Both the position numbers and the translations under genes were made by a program. The notes beneath the pieces are model-generated. The model did no database searches. It was not told where the DNA came from and saw nothing but the letters and a program-made list of their open reading frames with translations. From NCBI GenBank assembly GCA_903873905.1, contig CAIQQJ010000145.1, positions 10,439 through 74,438 of the forward strand: a stretch of DNA of 64,000 bases. The letters run 5' to 3'. Source of the DNA: an uncultured Flavobacteriales bacterium (GTDB taxonomy: Bacteria; Bacteroidota; Bacteroidia; Palsa-965). This document shows, piece after piece, positions 1 to 10,947 of this stretch. Every line of letters begins with the position of its first letter. Within the stretch, counting starts at the first letter, position 1.

Positions 1-1344
1 GCACAAAAAACCTATGATAATTTTTCAAGTCATATTCAAAAGAAGGAATTTTATTCTCTTTACAGTGATTGTGCATTCAATGATTTGAATACGCTTCGTA
101 ATTTCAAAAGTATTCCTGAAGAGAAAAAATTTGATTTGATTGACATTTATGTTTCGGCAGTCATGAATAATGTTCAGGAAGAATTGAATAGCTTATTGGA
201 TGGAAAGTTGACTGAGAAGGCTGCCGACTCCTATCAAATTCAATCTGTTTTAGATCTTGTATCGCTTCCCAAAGAAGAAATGCAAACCATTAAGGGAAAT
301 TATTATTTTTTCAAAGGGTGGGAATATTGTTATTATTCTTCACCTGAACTTTTGAATACCGGTCTCCTCTATTGTGATTCGGCCATTCAAATTATGCCCA
401 ATGCGGCTTACATCTATGACATACAAGGTTTAATTTATCAAGCACAAAAAAAATACGATGAAGCGCAAGTTTCTTTCAAAAAAGCCATACAGCTAGCGCC
501 CAATTGGACTTTTGCCTTGGGAAATCTTGGACACAATTATTCCAATTTGGGAGATGACTCAACAGCCTTGATTTTATATGATCGTGTTTTGAAATTGGAT
601 TCTACACTTTGGCCTGCTTATAATAATATTGGAGCAATTTATTTTCATAAATGGAGAATTTCTCAAGATGAAAACTATAAAAAGTTGGGAATAGAAAATT
701 ATGAAAAAGCAATCTTCTATGATTCCACGAGTTATGATGCGTATTATAACTTGTCGCTTTTTTATGAAAAGGATTCCATTCAAGACAAATACGTTTCCCT
801 ACTGCTAAAAGCTTTTCATGCGGATTCCACCAGAGCGCAAGTGCTTCAACCTTTGGCTGAATATTATTATGATAAAGAAAAATATTCCGAAGCCGCTTAT
901 TATTTTGGACAATGGTACTATGTCTCTTCGGATCCTATACACGAATACAATTGGGGCGTATCAGCATTGCTTGCAAAGGAGTATGATTACGCGATCAGAA
1001 TTTTTCTAAACTATTGTGACATCAACGTCCATGATTCAGATGGATTTTACATGTTAGGGAAATGTTATTACCAGAATTCAAATTACGATACGGCGCTTTA
1101 CTACTTTAAAACAGAAGAAAAAATAAATCCCAATCGTGTCAATTTGATTTACTACACAGGCATGACCTACAAATTATTGGGCAATAACCAAAAAGCCATT
1201 CCCTATTTTCGTAGGGAAATAAAAACCCATCCTAACAATGCATCTGCATGTTACTATGAACTTTCTCTAATCTATTCGGAAAAATTTCTTGGCAAGCGAA
1301 AATCGAAAAGGTATTGGGCAGAGTATGAAAAGTTGAAAGGGTAA
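1..1344 (+). CDS. TPR-repeat protein, 5'-truncated by the window edge; paralog of the C-terminal part of the caspase-TPR protein at 5112..8096
   Basis: Frame is open from base 1 (AQKTYDNF...), so the TTG start at 85 is probably not the true start. Multiple TPR motifs. Colinear similarity to 5112..8096 (YCDSAIQIMPNAAYIY vs YCDSSIKYQPNAAYIY; LAPNW in both). Confidence 0.85.
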   Translation, partial: AQKTYDNFSSHIQKKEFYSLYSDCAFNDLNTLRNFKSIPEEKKFDLIDIYVSAVMNNVQEELNSLLDGKLTEKAADSYQIQSVLDLVSLPKEEMQTIKGNYYFFKGWEYCYYSSPELLNTGLLYCDSAIQIMPNAAYIYDIQGLIYQAQKKYDEAQVSFKKAIQLAPNWTFALGNLGHNYSNLGDDSTALILYDRVLKLDSTLWPAYNNIGAIYFHKWRISQDENYKKLGIENYEKAIFYDSTSYDAYYNLSLFYEKDSIQDKYVSLLLKAFHADSTRAQVLQPLAEYYYDKEKYSEAAYYFGQWYYVSSDPIHEYNWGVSALLAKEYDYAIRIFLNYCDINVHDSDGFYMLGKCYYQNSNYDTALYYFKTEEKINPNRVNLIYYTGMTYKLLGNNQKAIPYFRREIKTHPNNASACYYELSLIYSEKFLGKRKSKRYWAEYEKLKG

Positions 1345-1415
1345 ATGATTAAGTGCCTATTGTTCAGACATTTCTTCTGCTGACTATAGTAAAACCTGTT
1401 AACGAGGATGAGTGC

Positions 1416-1448
1416 AATTTTTCAGAATTAATTTTTCAGAATTAATTT
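1416..1448. repeat. 14-bp tandem repeat (AATTTTTCAGAATT x2.3) upstream of the WD40-caspase gene
   Basis: Read directly from the sequence. Confidence 0.7.
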
Positions 1449-1499
1449 GAAATTTTTGGAACGAAATATTCAAAATCAAAAACAATAACCCCAATTGAT

Positions 1500-4400
1500 A
1501 TGATTTCTCCAAAACAATTTTTGCTTTGTGCAATTCTTTTCATTTGGAATTGTACATTTCTATTTTCACAACAGTCCGCAACCAATTCTTCGAAACCGGA
1601 GTTGGTATTACCATTAGGACACATTGATCCCATTGTATCTTGCGAATTTAGTCCTGATGGGAAAACCGTTCTTACTGGTGCGGAGGATCACACTGCAAAA
1701 ATCTGGGATGTTGTAAGTGGACGGATATTGAAATCCTTTAATGGACATACCACAACAGTTACACACGCAAGATTCAGTCCTGATGGAAAAACCATACTCA
1801 CATCCTCTTATGATAATACCGTAAAAACCTGGGATGTTCAATCTGGAAAATTGCTTTTGAATTTAATTGGCGCTGAAAAATTCAATGATGCACTTTTCAG
1901 CCCAGATGGAAAGAGATTTATCACATCCTCTGAGGATGCCAACTTGAAAATTTGGGATAGCAAGAGTGGTTTACTAATAATTGAATTGGAAGAAACCGAA
2001 GATTGGGGAACACAACCAAAATTCAGCCCCGATGGAAAAATAGTTTTGGCTCTTTCCCATGATCTTGTAAATCTTTGGGATTCACAAACCGGAAAATTAA
2101 TTCGTACACTGAAAGGACACTTCAGTACCATTTATGACGCAGAGTTTAGTCCCGATGGCAAAAGAATCGTTACCACTTCTGATGATAATAAAGCCAAAAC
2201 ATGGGATGTTGAATCCGGTAAAGTACTTCTTACTTTGGAGAAGCATCAGGAAACAGTTTATACAGGGAAATTCAGTCCCGATGGAAAAAAAATCATTACT
2301 GCATCGAGAGATGAATCAGTAATAGTTTGGGATGCATTGAATGGAAAAACCTTGATGCAAATAAATCCACTTTCCGGAAACTGGATCACAGCAGATTTCA
2401 GCCCTGATGGAAATACGATTATCACAAAAGCTTCTCTATTTGAAATAAAAACATGGGATGCAGTCACAGGAAGATTGCGACACACCTTCTCATTAAGCAA
2501 TGAAGGCCTCGCCGCTTTTAGTCCTGATGGAAAAAAATTGGTGACCGCGGCTAGCGATCATACAGGATCCATTTGGAATGTGGCAGAAGGAAAAATAGTT
2601 ACAAAACTTAAAGGGCATACATTCAGTATTTGGGACTGTGTCCTAAGTAAGGATGGTCACAAAATGATTACCACTTATTGGGGAAAGGCGGCACAAGTTT
2701 GGGATCTTACCAATGGAAAATTCGTGTCCAACATTGGAACGGATACCAATATTTTTTATGGAATGATATTCACGCTAGATGGCAAAAGTATCATTACCAC
2801 TTCAGATGATAACGATGTTTGTCTTTGGGATGTCGCAACAGGAAAACTGATCAGGAAATTTTCAGGACACACCAATCGTACCAGAGGAATAAAATTAAAT
2901 TCGAGTGGAACTATAATCCTTTCTTTTGCAACGGATAACACTGCAAGAACATGGGATCTCAAAACTGGAAAATCATTGCACATATTTGAAGGACATGAGG
3001 AATCAATCGAATACGCAGAATTCAGTCGTGATGACAAAAGCATATTAACGATGTCACAGGACAACACAGTAAAAATATGGGATGTGGAAAGCGGAAAATT
3101 AATTCATACGCTGAAAGAACATAATCGTTTTTGTTTTGCAGCACGCTTTTCACCAGATGGAAAACACATCGTTACAAGTGCTGAAGACAGTCTTGCGTCC
3201 GTTTGGGATGTTCAAAGTGGCAAAAAACTTTTTTCGCTTTATGAGCCGAATTTTGGTTGGATCAGTGCTATAGAATTTAATGCTGTAGGCGACGAAGTGG
3301 TGCTCAATTCACTTGATACGGTTGCAACAGTTTGGGATTTATCCAATGGCAAACTTTTACAAAGACTTCCTGGCATCTCTGATTTTGCTGAACTTTTTCC
3401 AAATGAAAAAAACAGGTTGACGTTTGCAAAAGACAATGCAATCATGATTGGCGACTTGCAAACATCGACAGTAAAACACACCATTAACTTTTCCGGACTT
3501 TTTAAATTCATCGATTGGCAAAATCACCGTTTGGCAACTACCGATAATTCCCTTCTTACGTTTTATGATACTGAATCAGGTCTTGAACTGTATAGCATGG
3601 CGGCAGTTGATGCAAAAGAATATGTATGGGTTCTTCCCTCTGGAGAATACATGACCACTCCTGATGCTGCAAAACATCTTGCCTGGGAAAATAATTTTCA
3701 ACTTTACGATTTCGATCAATGGGATTTGCAATACAATCGTCCCGATAAGGTTTTAATTGCATTGGGAAATACGGATACCCTCTTGACAAAATCTTACTAT
3801 GAAGCCTATTATAAACGCCTGCGAAAAATGGGCATTGATAGTACAATGTTCAATGGAGATTTCCATGTACCTGAAACGGAAATAACAAATGCAGAAGAAA
3901 TCCATGACAATACCAATCAATCATCAGTCAATCTAACCATAAGGGTTTCGGATTCAAATCCTCAAAATTTCATCAGGAAAATAATGGTTACGGTAAATGG
4001 CAATCCCATTTATGGAATGAAGGGAATGAATGTTGAAGCCACGAAACAAAATCAAATTTCATTGACAATTCCAATAACATTATCCAATGGAGTCAACAGC
4101 ATTAAAGTTTCGTGTTTAAATAATCATGCTGCTGCTTCCATCAAGCAAACGGCATACATCAATTATCAGCCGAAAGAAAAAATTGTTTCCAAAACCTATT
4201 ACATCGGCATTGGCGTTTCAGATTATCAGAATCCGAATTACAAATTGAATTACGCCGCCAAAGACGTGAACGATTTATCCAAGGGAATAAAAAAGAAATA
4301 TCCCGATGCTGAAATCCATTTGCTGACCAACAAGGATGCCACTCGTGAAAATATCAAGGCACTCAAGAAAGATATTTTGAGCAAGACCAATGTGGATGAT

Positions 4401-5012
4401 ATTGTCATTGTGTCTTTCAGTGGTCACGGTGTTGCCGACAAGAAAAATAATTTTTATTTCGGAACCTACGATATCAGTTTTGATGATCCTGCGAAAAGGG
4501 GTTTATCCTACGATGACATCGAATGGCTGCTCGATAGTATTCCTGCAAGAAAGAAATTGGTCATGATGGATGCGTGTCACAGTGGTGAATTGGATAAAGA
4601 GGATTTTTACGAAATAAAAAAAGACAGCTCCAATCTTTCGAATAACAATGTTGTCGCTTCAAGAGGTGTTTATATGGTTGCATCAGATCATCCGAAACTT
4701 GGAATGAAAAACAGTTTTACATTAATGCAGGATCTTTTTGCCAATGTGAGTGCCGGAAATGGCGCGACAATAATTTCCGCAGCAGCAGGAACCGAATTTG
4801 CCTTTGAGGGAAATGATTGGAAGAATGGCGTGTTCACCTATTGCGTTTTGCAAGGTTTGATAAATAGAAAAGCCGATGCGAATGCTGATTCAGAAATTAC
4901 CGTGAATGAATTGAAATCTTTTGTTGGTGAAGAAGTGCAAAAACTCACCAATGGAAAACAAAAGCCAACAGCACGCCAAGAGAATTTGGAATATGATTGG
5001 AGGATTTGGTGA
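1500..5012 (+). CDS. Secreted WD40-repeat beta-propeller protein with C-terminal caspase-family (peptidase C14) domain
   Basis: N-terminal signal peptide; about 14 GH...FSPDG...WD repeats; C14 dyad motifs FSGHG and MDACHSG; C-terminal NGVFTY...GKQKP...RQEN. Confidence 0.93.
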   Translation: MISPKQFLLCAILFIWNCTFLFSQQSATNSSKPELVLPLGHIDPIVSCEFSPDGKTVLTGAEDHTAKIWDVVSGRILKSFNGHTTTVTHARFSPDGKTILTSSYDNTVKTWDVQSGKLLLNLIGAEKFNDALFSPDGKRFITSSEDANLKIWDSKSGLLIIELEETEDWGTQPKFSPDGKIVLALSHDLVNLWDSQTGKLIRTLKGHFSTIYDAEFSPDGKRIVTTSDDNKAKTWDVESGKVLLTLEKHQETVYTGKFSPDGKKIITASRDESVIVWDALNGKTLMQINPLSGNWITADFSPDGNTIITKASLFEIKTWDAVTGRLRHTFSLSNEGLAAFSPDGKKLVTAASDHTGSIWNVAEGKIVTKLKGHTFSIWDCVLSKDGHKMITTYWGKAAQVWDLTNGKFVSNIGTDTNIFYGMIFTLDGKSIITTSDDNDVCLWDVATGKLIRKFSGHTNRTRGIKLNSSGTIILSFATDNTARTWDLKTGKSLHIFEGHEESIEYAEFSRDDKSILTMSQDNTVKIWDVESGKLIHTLKEHNRFCFAARFSPDGKHIVTSAEDSLASVWDVQSGKKLFSLYEPNFGWISAIEFNAVGDEVVLNSLDTVATVWDLSNGKLLQRLPGISDFAELFPNEKNRLTFAKDNAIMIGDLQTSTVKHTINFSGLFKFIDWQNHRLATTDNSLLTFYDTESGLELYSMAAVDAKEYVWVLPSGEYMTTPDAAKHLAWENNFQLYDFDQWDLQYNRPDKVLIALGNTDTLLTKSYYEAYYKRLRKMGIDSTMFNGDFHVPETEITNAEEIHDNTNQSSVNLTIRVSDSNPQNFIRKIMVTVNGNPIYGMKGMNVEATKQNQISLTIPITLSNGVNSIKVSCLNNHAAASIKQTAYINYQPKEKIVSKTYYIGIGVSDYQNPNYKLNYAAKDVNDLSKGIKKKYPDAEIHLLTNKDATRENIKALKKDILSKTNVDDIVIVSFSGHGVADKKNNFYFGTYDISFDDPAKRGLSYDDIEWLLDSIPARKKLVMMDACHSGELDKEDFYEIKKDSSNLSNNNVVASRGVYMVASDHPKLGMKNSFTLMQDLFANVSAGNGATIISAAAGTEFAFEGNDWKNGVFTYCVLQGLINRKADANADSEITVNELKSFVGEEVQKLTNGKQKPTARQENLEYDWRIW

Positions 5013-5111
5013 AAAATCAGACTGCAACTTTGCTTCCTAGGAAAGATGCGATGGTGAAGTATTGTTACTGTTAAAATATTAATAAATTACAATTCCCGAT
5101 ACAAATATCTA

Positions 5112-8096
5112 TTATTTCTTCCCAGTATTTTTCGCCACTTGCAACTCATCATATTTTCTCAAATATTTTTTTGCTTTCCCTTTCTTAAACGCTTTTTTCT
5201 GGTACAACTGCGACAAACACAAATAGGCTGTTGCAAAATCAGGTTTTTGTAAGGTGCAGTTTTCAAAATACTTTATTGCCCTATTATCGTCTCCTCGCAA
5301 TTGGTAAGCGCGGCCGAGTAAAAAACTTTTCTGGAAATCCTTTTCAGGACTTGGCATTGCTGGTCCAACAATCGCGATAACTGAATCATTGAATCCAGAT
5401 TGCAGAAATAGATTTCCTAATAATAATCTTCCATCCGCACTATTTGGGTGAGCAGCCACTTGTTCTTTTGCAACTTTGGTAGCACCTGGGATGTCACCGG
5501 ATTCCAATAAAGTATTGGCAATATAAATGCGGTAATCGGATTGTGGGATTTGCTTACCAGCTTTTTCATACCAGGAAATTGCTTCATTGTATTTTTTGTT
5601 ATAAGAACAAATCTGTCCAGCAAAATATTTCAATGAATTGTAATGCTCAATTTGTTCACGATAATAATTAATTAGTTGATAAGCAGAATCAAGGTTTTTA
5701 CCAATGATTTGGCAATCCATTTTCCTTCTAACCACTTCCTCTCCACGCGGCATGATGGAATCTCCTTTAGCAAGAAAAGTTGCATAAAGAGGATCTGATG
5801 GATTTATTTTCGCATAAAATCTGATAAGGCACAAAATATTAATCTGGTTATACGGAGCAATACGATAAGCCTTGGAATAATTTGCACGTGCTGAATAACC
5901 ATCTTCCTTTCTCAGAAAAATATCACCCTTCAATCGATAGAGATAATCTTTTGTAGAATCAACAGCGATAAGTCTATTGATGAATTTTATCGAAGCATCA
6001 TCTGCATTGTATTTTTGCCAATAATCCGTGAGGCAATACAAAGCATTTACATTCCAGTTATTTATTTTGAAAGCCTTCTTGTAATATTCATAAGCAATGG
6101 AATCATTTCCTCCGCGTTCAATCATTTGTCCAATGGCAGTATAAATTTCAGCTGAATCACCACCCAATGCAAGGCTCTTTGAAAAATAATTATTCGCAAG
6201 TGTAACATCTGAATTGCTGTAATAATCTCCAAGCATTTTAATGGTGTTCCAATTGGAGGAATCCTTACTATAAGCAAGATTCAGATAATGCAACACGCTG
6301 TCTGTTTTGTAATAAGAGTAATAATAGGATGCAAGTGAACGATAAGGGCTACTAAATTGTGGAGCAATAGCGATGCTCTTTTTCATACAAGCAATAGCAC
6401 GTGTATCATTATCTCCTCCGAAATTATTGTACATGCGATGATAGGTAGTACCCATCATATCATAAGCGGATGTAAAAGTAGAATCAACCGCCAATGCTTT
6501 TTTGCACCATGAAATTGCCGCATTGCAATTATTAAAATATTTCACTTCAATGGCAGCCATACCAACCATTGGGAAAACCCAATTGGGTGCAAGTGATAAA
6601 GCCTTGTTTACATCAGCAAGTGCTAGATCATACTCACCGAGACTTCCATGAAGCATTCCCCTGGTATTATAAATGTAAGCGGCATTGGGTTGATATTTTA
6701 TGGAAGAGTCACAATAGGTAATCCCCAATTCAAATTGTTCATTATGCAAACCAAATGTTTGTTCCCGTGCCATGAAGAAATAATACTTCCCCATGAAATT
6801 ATTTCTCTCGTTGCCTTCCAATACAACCATTCCTATAAGCGATTTCATTGCACCTGAAGCATTGAAGATGGATTGAGAAGAAAGTATAGTCCGATCACCA
6901 CCGAGATAATCATTCACCAAATCCTGGCAATAATTCATCACCTCATCGATATACAAATCTTTCAAATCTGATTTTCGTTCTTCGCTTACATTGGAAGAAG
7001 AGAGCAATTTGTTGAGTTGTGTAAATGCAGATTCAGATTTTCCAGCAATGTAATTTTGTTTATTCAACTCCGCTTGAAAACGCAGATAATCCTGTTGTGT
7101 GGTATAATCATCAAAATGAATCAAACCTGCACGCGTAATATTATCCGCCTTGGAATATGATTTTGGTTTGGTGTTGGGATGAATGGATTGTAGAGCCTTC
7201 GCTTTCATTTTGGCATCAACATGATCAGCTACGCGGTCAATTTTTGTTTCCTCACAAAAAAATGTAGGCGTTTGTTTGACAGTACCCGATGAGGATTTGG
7301 AATCAGCTCGAACACTATCGATAACATAGTTTTTCAATTCATACCACGAAACATTTCCATCATTATCCTTATCCGCCAATCCTGACATTCCGTTGACGAG
7401 ATGATAAGAAAACAAACCTCGTCCACCACCCCACGCTGCTCCTTCCATGGAAGTTTGATTGGCAGAACAGCTTGCAAACTGAATTTCACCAGCGTTCTCT
7501 TCCATAATTTTCGCATTCGTATAACGTATACCATTTACTTTTCCAGGTAAATCATTGGTACGACATGCATCCGTAATCAAAACCACCTCAGCACTTTTTG
7601 ACGTCATGTATTTGACTCTGTTTTTCAAATTAAAAACCTGAATTGTTCCTCCCGTGATATATAAATTATCATCACCGCCTGGAGGAGCATCATAGGCTAA
7701 CAGAAATGCTTCTTGTTCATCATAGGAATCGCCGTGACAGGCGAAATAAATATAAATGCGTGTATGAGGACTTGCACGTTTCGAGAGCCAAGACAAAGCA
7801 GTAGTTATACTTTGTGCTTTTGCATTTTCATTCAACAACAATTTAATATTTAGAGAATCTACATTTCCTCCTGCAGGTGAACGAAGAAAATTATAAAAGG
7901 CCTGAGCATCCGCATCTGCATACTGTAGCGATTGAACATTCTGGTATTTTGAAATCCCAACAACCAAAGCGTAGGTTGTATCATATTGACCTTGCTCTTG
8001 TTGTTGCACAGGAATTGGCCCACGCGCCTGCTGTGCTGAAATATCAAAAGTGATATGCATTAACAACAGCAAAACAAGAGTTCTTCTGATTTTCAT
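5112..8096 (-). CDS. Secreted caspase-family (C14) protease with long C-terminal TPR array
   Basis: Signal peptide; YALVVGISKY...LQYADADA; FACHG and TDACR dyad motifs; GLFSYHL...GLAD; many TPRs. Confidence 0.92.
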   Translation of the reverse strand: MKIRRTLVLLLLMHITFDISAQQARGPIPVQQQEQGQYDTTYALVVGISKYQNVQSLQYADADAQAFYNFLRSPAGGNVDSLNIKLLLNENAKAQSITTALSWLSKRASPHTRIYIYFACHGDSYDEQEAFLLAYDAPPGGDDNLYITGGTIQVFNLKNRVKYMTSKSAEVVLITDACRTNDLPGKVNGIRYTNAKIMEENAGEIQFASCSANQTSMEGAAWGGGRGLFSYHLVNGMSGLADKDNDGNVSWYELKNYVIDSVRADSKSSSGTVKQTPTFFCEETKIDRVADHVDAKMKAKALQSIHPNTKPKSYSKADNITRAGLIHFDDYTTQQDYLRFQAELNKQNYIAGKSESAFTQLNKLLSSSNVSEERKSDLKDLYIDEVMNYCQDLVNDYLGGDRTILSSQSIFNASGAMKSLIGMVVLEGNERNNFMGKYYFFMAREQTFGLHNEQFELGITYCDSSIKYQPNAAYIYNTRGMLHGSLGEYDLALADVNKALSLAPNWVFPMVGMAAIEVKYFNNCNAAISWCKKALAVDSTFTSAYDMMGTTYHRMYNNFGGDNDTRAIACMKKSIAIAPQFSSPYRSLASYYYSYYKTDSVLHYLNLAYSKDSSNWNTIKMLGDYYSNSDVTLANNYFSKSLALGGDSAEIYTAIGQMIERGGNDSIAYEYYKKAFKINNWNVNALYCLTDYWQKYNADDASIKFINRLIAVDSTKDYLYRLKGDIFLRKEDGYSARANYSKAYRIAPYNQINILCLIRFYAKINPSDPLYATFLAKGDSIMPRGEEVVRRKMDCQIIGKNLDSAYQLINYYREQIEHYNSLKYFAGQICSYNKKYNEAISWYEKAGKQIPQSDYRIYIANTLLESGDIPGATKVAKEQVAAHPNSADGRLLLGNLFLQSGFNDSVIAIVGPAMPSPEKDFQKSFLLGRAYQLRGDDNRAIKYFENCTLQKPDFATAYLCLSQLYQKKAFKKGKAKKYLRKYDELQVAKNTGKK

Positions 8097-8125
8097 TTAT
8101 TTCTTATAAAATATTTGAAACTAAA

Positions 8126-10405
8126 TTATTTCCCTTTAGGAAGACTCTGGAAAGTAAATTTCTGAATTGACCAATGCGTAACGACAGGAGGTTTCGGTTT
8201 TGGCGCTCTGGTTTGTGCACCATTATCCATAAGTAAATCATCAAGTGGTCCTTTTGTCCCTCTTATGCCACGCGTCATAACGCCTTTACTTTCAAATACA
8301 CTAGTCGAAACTGCTACGTCAGAAGTCAACAGGAAATAAGTGTCATTCCCAAAAGGAGGACCAATTGTAAAATTTACTGAATCATTCACAGGTAATACAT
8401 TCATCAGCATTGGAGAACTTCCAGGAATATATTTTATCAAGTTACTTTCAGCGCCATATTCTCCAGAAGGATAAAACAATGTCATTTGTCCCGTTGCATC
8501 AATGGTGAAAATATAACAATAACGTGGGATGATTCTGCTTGAAGGTGCATTTGCCGAATCAAGTTTCAATGCGAAGTGATATTCTTGCTCTTCGATCATT
8601 TTCTCTCCTGGCTGAACAATTTGTTTTTTTCCATTCACCAAAACGAGAGAGTAAGGATAATTATCAGCTGGTGATTTCAAGTTTAGCCAAGAACTAATTT
8701 TTCCCAAACGAACCGCAAATACAGAAAGGCTATCAGCAGTTGTGTCAATTCCATAGCTGCACCAATTTGTTCGTACTGGAAATGAATTGCGAAAGGAAGA
8801 ATCCTGATCGGAAATATTTGGACGAATCAGTGAATAGGCCAATGAACCTTTTTCAGATCTTCCAACAAGAATATAATTTGCCAGCAATGGATTTTTTGTG
8901 AACTCAACTGCGGAATTAGGAGAACCAGGTCCAAGCTTTTTATTGAGTGCTAAAGTTAATTCAGTTGAAGGAGGAAGTTGTAGAAAAACTTCACTGCCTA
9001 TAGGTATAACAGCTTTGATGTTCGCAACTGTCAATGCGGAAAGAATATGCGATTCGTTATGCCCGGCCGATGTCACCAACCATTTTCCTTCATTGAATTG
9101 AATAACATTTGCAGGTGCCTTCTTTGTTGGATCACTTACTAATTTATAATTACTTCCTAAAAATGACATTACAGGAGCTATTTCTTTCTTGAGTTGAGCT
9201 GCTGTCATTGTTGTTTCAGGTGCCCAAATTCTCAAAGTTGGACCAGCAGGATTTACCCAGCTAACCATTTCAACTAAGTCTCCATTTTTTAGGTTGGAAA
9301 TATTTCCTTTACCAACAACAATTGCACTTGATTCCCCAATGCGTTCCACTTTAGTTACTTCAAGTGCAATCGTATCCTTTCCTGTCACTTTAATAAAACG
9401 ACATCCTTCATAAATTGATAGTTCATGTCCTCCTCTTAAAGTCACCTGAGTCGCTGTTACATTCATCACGGCAATAAAAGTTTTTGCAGAATTTTCAGTG
9501 ACTTTATCATTAAAAATTCCGGCTTTTTTTCGTTCATCAGTTCCTCCCATAATCGGATCTTGAAAAGTAGGTCCCTGATCTGATTTTATTATTCCAAGAA
9601 TGGAAGTGTAAAGTCTTTCTGCACTTTGATTGGCGGAAGAAGAATTAATTGCTTTTATCAAAGCAAGAGTAAATGCACCATGTGCAGTTCCATCAAGGTC
9701 TGCTGCTTCCTTTGCGGTTTGATTACGTTGCGCGGCTGAAAATAGCAATGCACCTCGTTTTTCAGGTACAATTTGTTCTTTCGAATCGTCGTTAGCATCC
9801 CAATCAACTGGAGGTGCTTTTCTTTCTTTAAAAGTCACGGGCAAACTATTTCCTCTTGCAATTGCACCGCTATGACAACTGTCAAAAATCAGTGTAAGTG
9901 TAACACCCTTATCTAAAAGTTGATTGAATAATTTTGAAAGTTCCTTGTTGCGAATATCCCACAAATCAGCAGGAACAATAGTTTGATCCCAACCTGTTCC
10001 ATCATAAGACTTGCTGTTTTTTACTTGTGAGCCATGTCCTGCATAATAAAAAAACACAACATCGCCAGGTTGAGAGGTATTGATCAATTTTTGAATTCCA
10101 TCAAGAATACCTTGACGTGAAGCCTTTTGATTGAACAATGTGTCAATGTTATTTTCCATAAATCCATAACGCGCCATAATGATGGAACGCATAGATTTTG
10201 CATCGTTTAAACATCCGTTCAGATTTTCCCAACCAGAACGCTCATTGGCCTTCCCCCTATTTGCAAATACTTCTGGAGTAGTAGCTGTGGGCACGTAAAT
10301 ATCAATACCAATCAATAAGGCACGTTTGGTAATTGCAGACATTGTAAAAGAAGAAAAACACAATGTCAAAATAAAAAAAGCACGGGATAGGGGAAATGTT
10401 TTCAT
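8126..10405 (-). CDS. Secreted metacaspase/orthocaspase-like C14 protease with C-terminal DUF4384-like domain
   Basis: Signal peptide; KRALLIGID...LNGCLNDA; YAGHGS and FDSCHSG; HGAFT; C-terminal YIFTIDATGQMTLFYP...PPFGND pattern typical of DUF4384. Confidence 0.9.
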   Translation of the reverse strand: MKTFPLSRAFFILTLCFSSFTMSAITKRALLIGIDIYVPTATTPEVFANRGKANERSGWENLNGCLNDAKSMRSIIMARYGFMENNIDTLFNQKASRQGILDGIQKLINTSQPGDVVFFYYAGHGSQVKNSKSYDGTGWDQTIVPADLWDIRNKELSKLFNQLLDKGVTLTLIFDSCHSGAIARGNSLPVTFKERKAPPVDWDANDDSKEQIVPEKRGALLFSAAQRNQTAKEAADLDGTAHGAFTLALIKAINSSSANQSAERLYTSILGIIKSDQGPTFQDPIMGGTDERKKAGIFNDKVTENSAKTFIAVMNVTATQVTLRGGHELSIYEGCRFIKVTGKDTIALEVTKVERIGESSAIVVGKGNISNLKNGDLVEMVSWVNPAGPTLRIWAPETTMTAAQLKKEIAPVMSFLGSNYKLVSDPTKKAPANVIQFNEGKWLVTSAGHNESHILSALTVANIKAVIPIGSEVFLQLPPSTELTLALNKKLGPGSPNSAVEFTKNPLLANYILVGRSEKGSLAYSLIRPNISDQDSSFRNSFPVRTNWCSYGIDTTADSLSVFAVRLGKISSWLNLKSPADNYPYSLVLVNGKKQIVQPGEKMIEEQEYHFALKLDSANAPSSRIIPRYCYIFTIDATGQMTLFYPSGEYGAESNLIKYIPGSSPMLMNVLPVNDSVNFTIGPPFGNDTYFLLTSDVAVSTSVFESKGVMTRGIRGTKGPLDDLLMDNGAQTRAPKPKPPVVTHWSIQKFTFQSLPKGK

Positions 10406-10449
10406 AGAGTAATAAAGATAATCAAAGAAATTAGAAAAAAATTGAAGAC

Positions 10450-10481
10450 AAAAAAAAGAGCACTCCTAAAAAGAAGTGCTC
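10450..10481 (-). terminator. Intrinsic terminator between the small secreted protein and the caspase genes
   Basis: Minus strand GAGCACTTC-6 nt-GGAGTGCTC followed by a T run. Confidence 0.75.
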
Positions 10482-10500
10482 CTCAACAATATCAATTCAA

Positions 10501-10908
10501 TTATTTCAAGTTGATATGGTAGTCGCCACTGCAATCACCATTATCGGACCAAGAATAAGTTCCTCCGGCAGTCACGCAATAATAAGTTGTGTATCCACCA
10601 TACACTGTTACATCTCCAACACCGTAAGGAGCAACATCACCTTTGTAGTTTCCATCAACATAAACGTTGATCCAGTAACCAGTGTAATTGTCAAATGTAA
10701 TTGTGCAAAAATCAGTAGAACCACGTTGAGCTGGAGCTGGAGCAGCTACATCGGTAGTTGGTTTGTCAACTTTAATAGCAGCACCACGAGCTTTAGCATC
10801 AACTTTTGTCTGCTTTGGATCTTGAACGATCAATGGTTTTTTTACTTGAGCTGAAACGTACGATACAGACATTACTGTAAGGCAAATCATCAATAGATAC
10901 TTTTTCAT
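10501..10908 (-). CDS. Small secreted protein: low-complexity N-terminal segment with two RG motifs, then a small beta-rich Cys-containing domain
   Basis: Signal peptide (VSA/QV); KARGAA and AQRGST; CTITFDNYTGYWINVYVDG; has its own promoter and terminator. Confidence 0.85.
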   Translation of the reverse strand: MKKYLLMICLTVMSVSYVSAQVKKPLIVQDPKQTKVDAKARGAAIKVDKPTTDVAAPAPAQRGSTDFCTITFDNYTGYWINVYVDGNYKGDVAPYGVGDVTVYGGYTTYYCVTAGGTYSWSDNGDCSGDYHINLK

Positions 10909-10947
10909 AGGATAATTGGGTTTTGGTTTGGGTTAATTCGTGTAATG

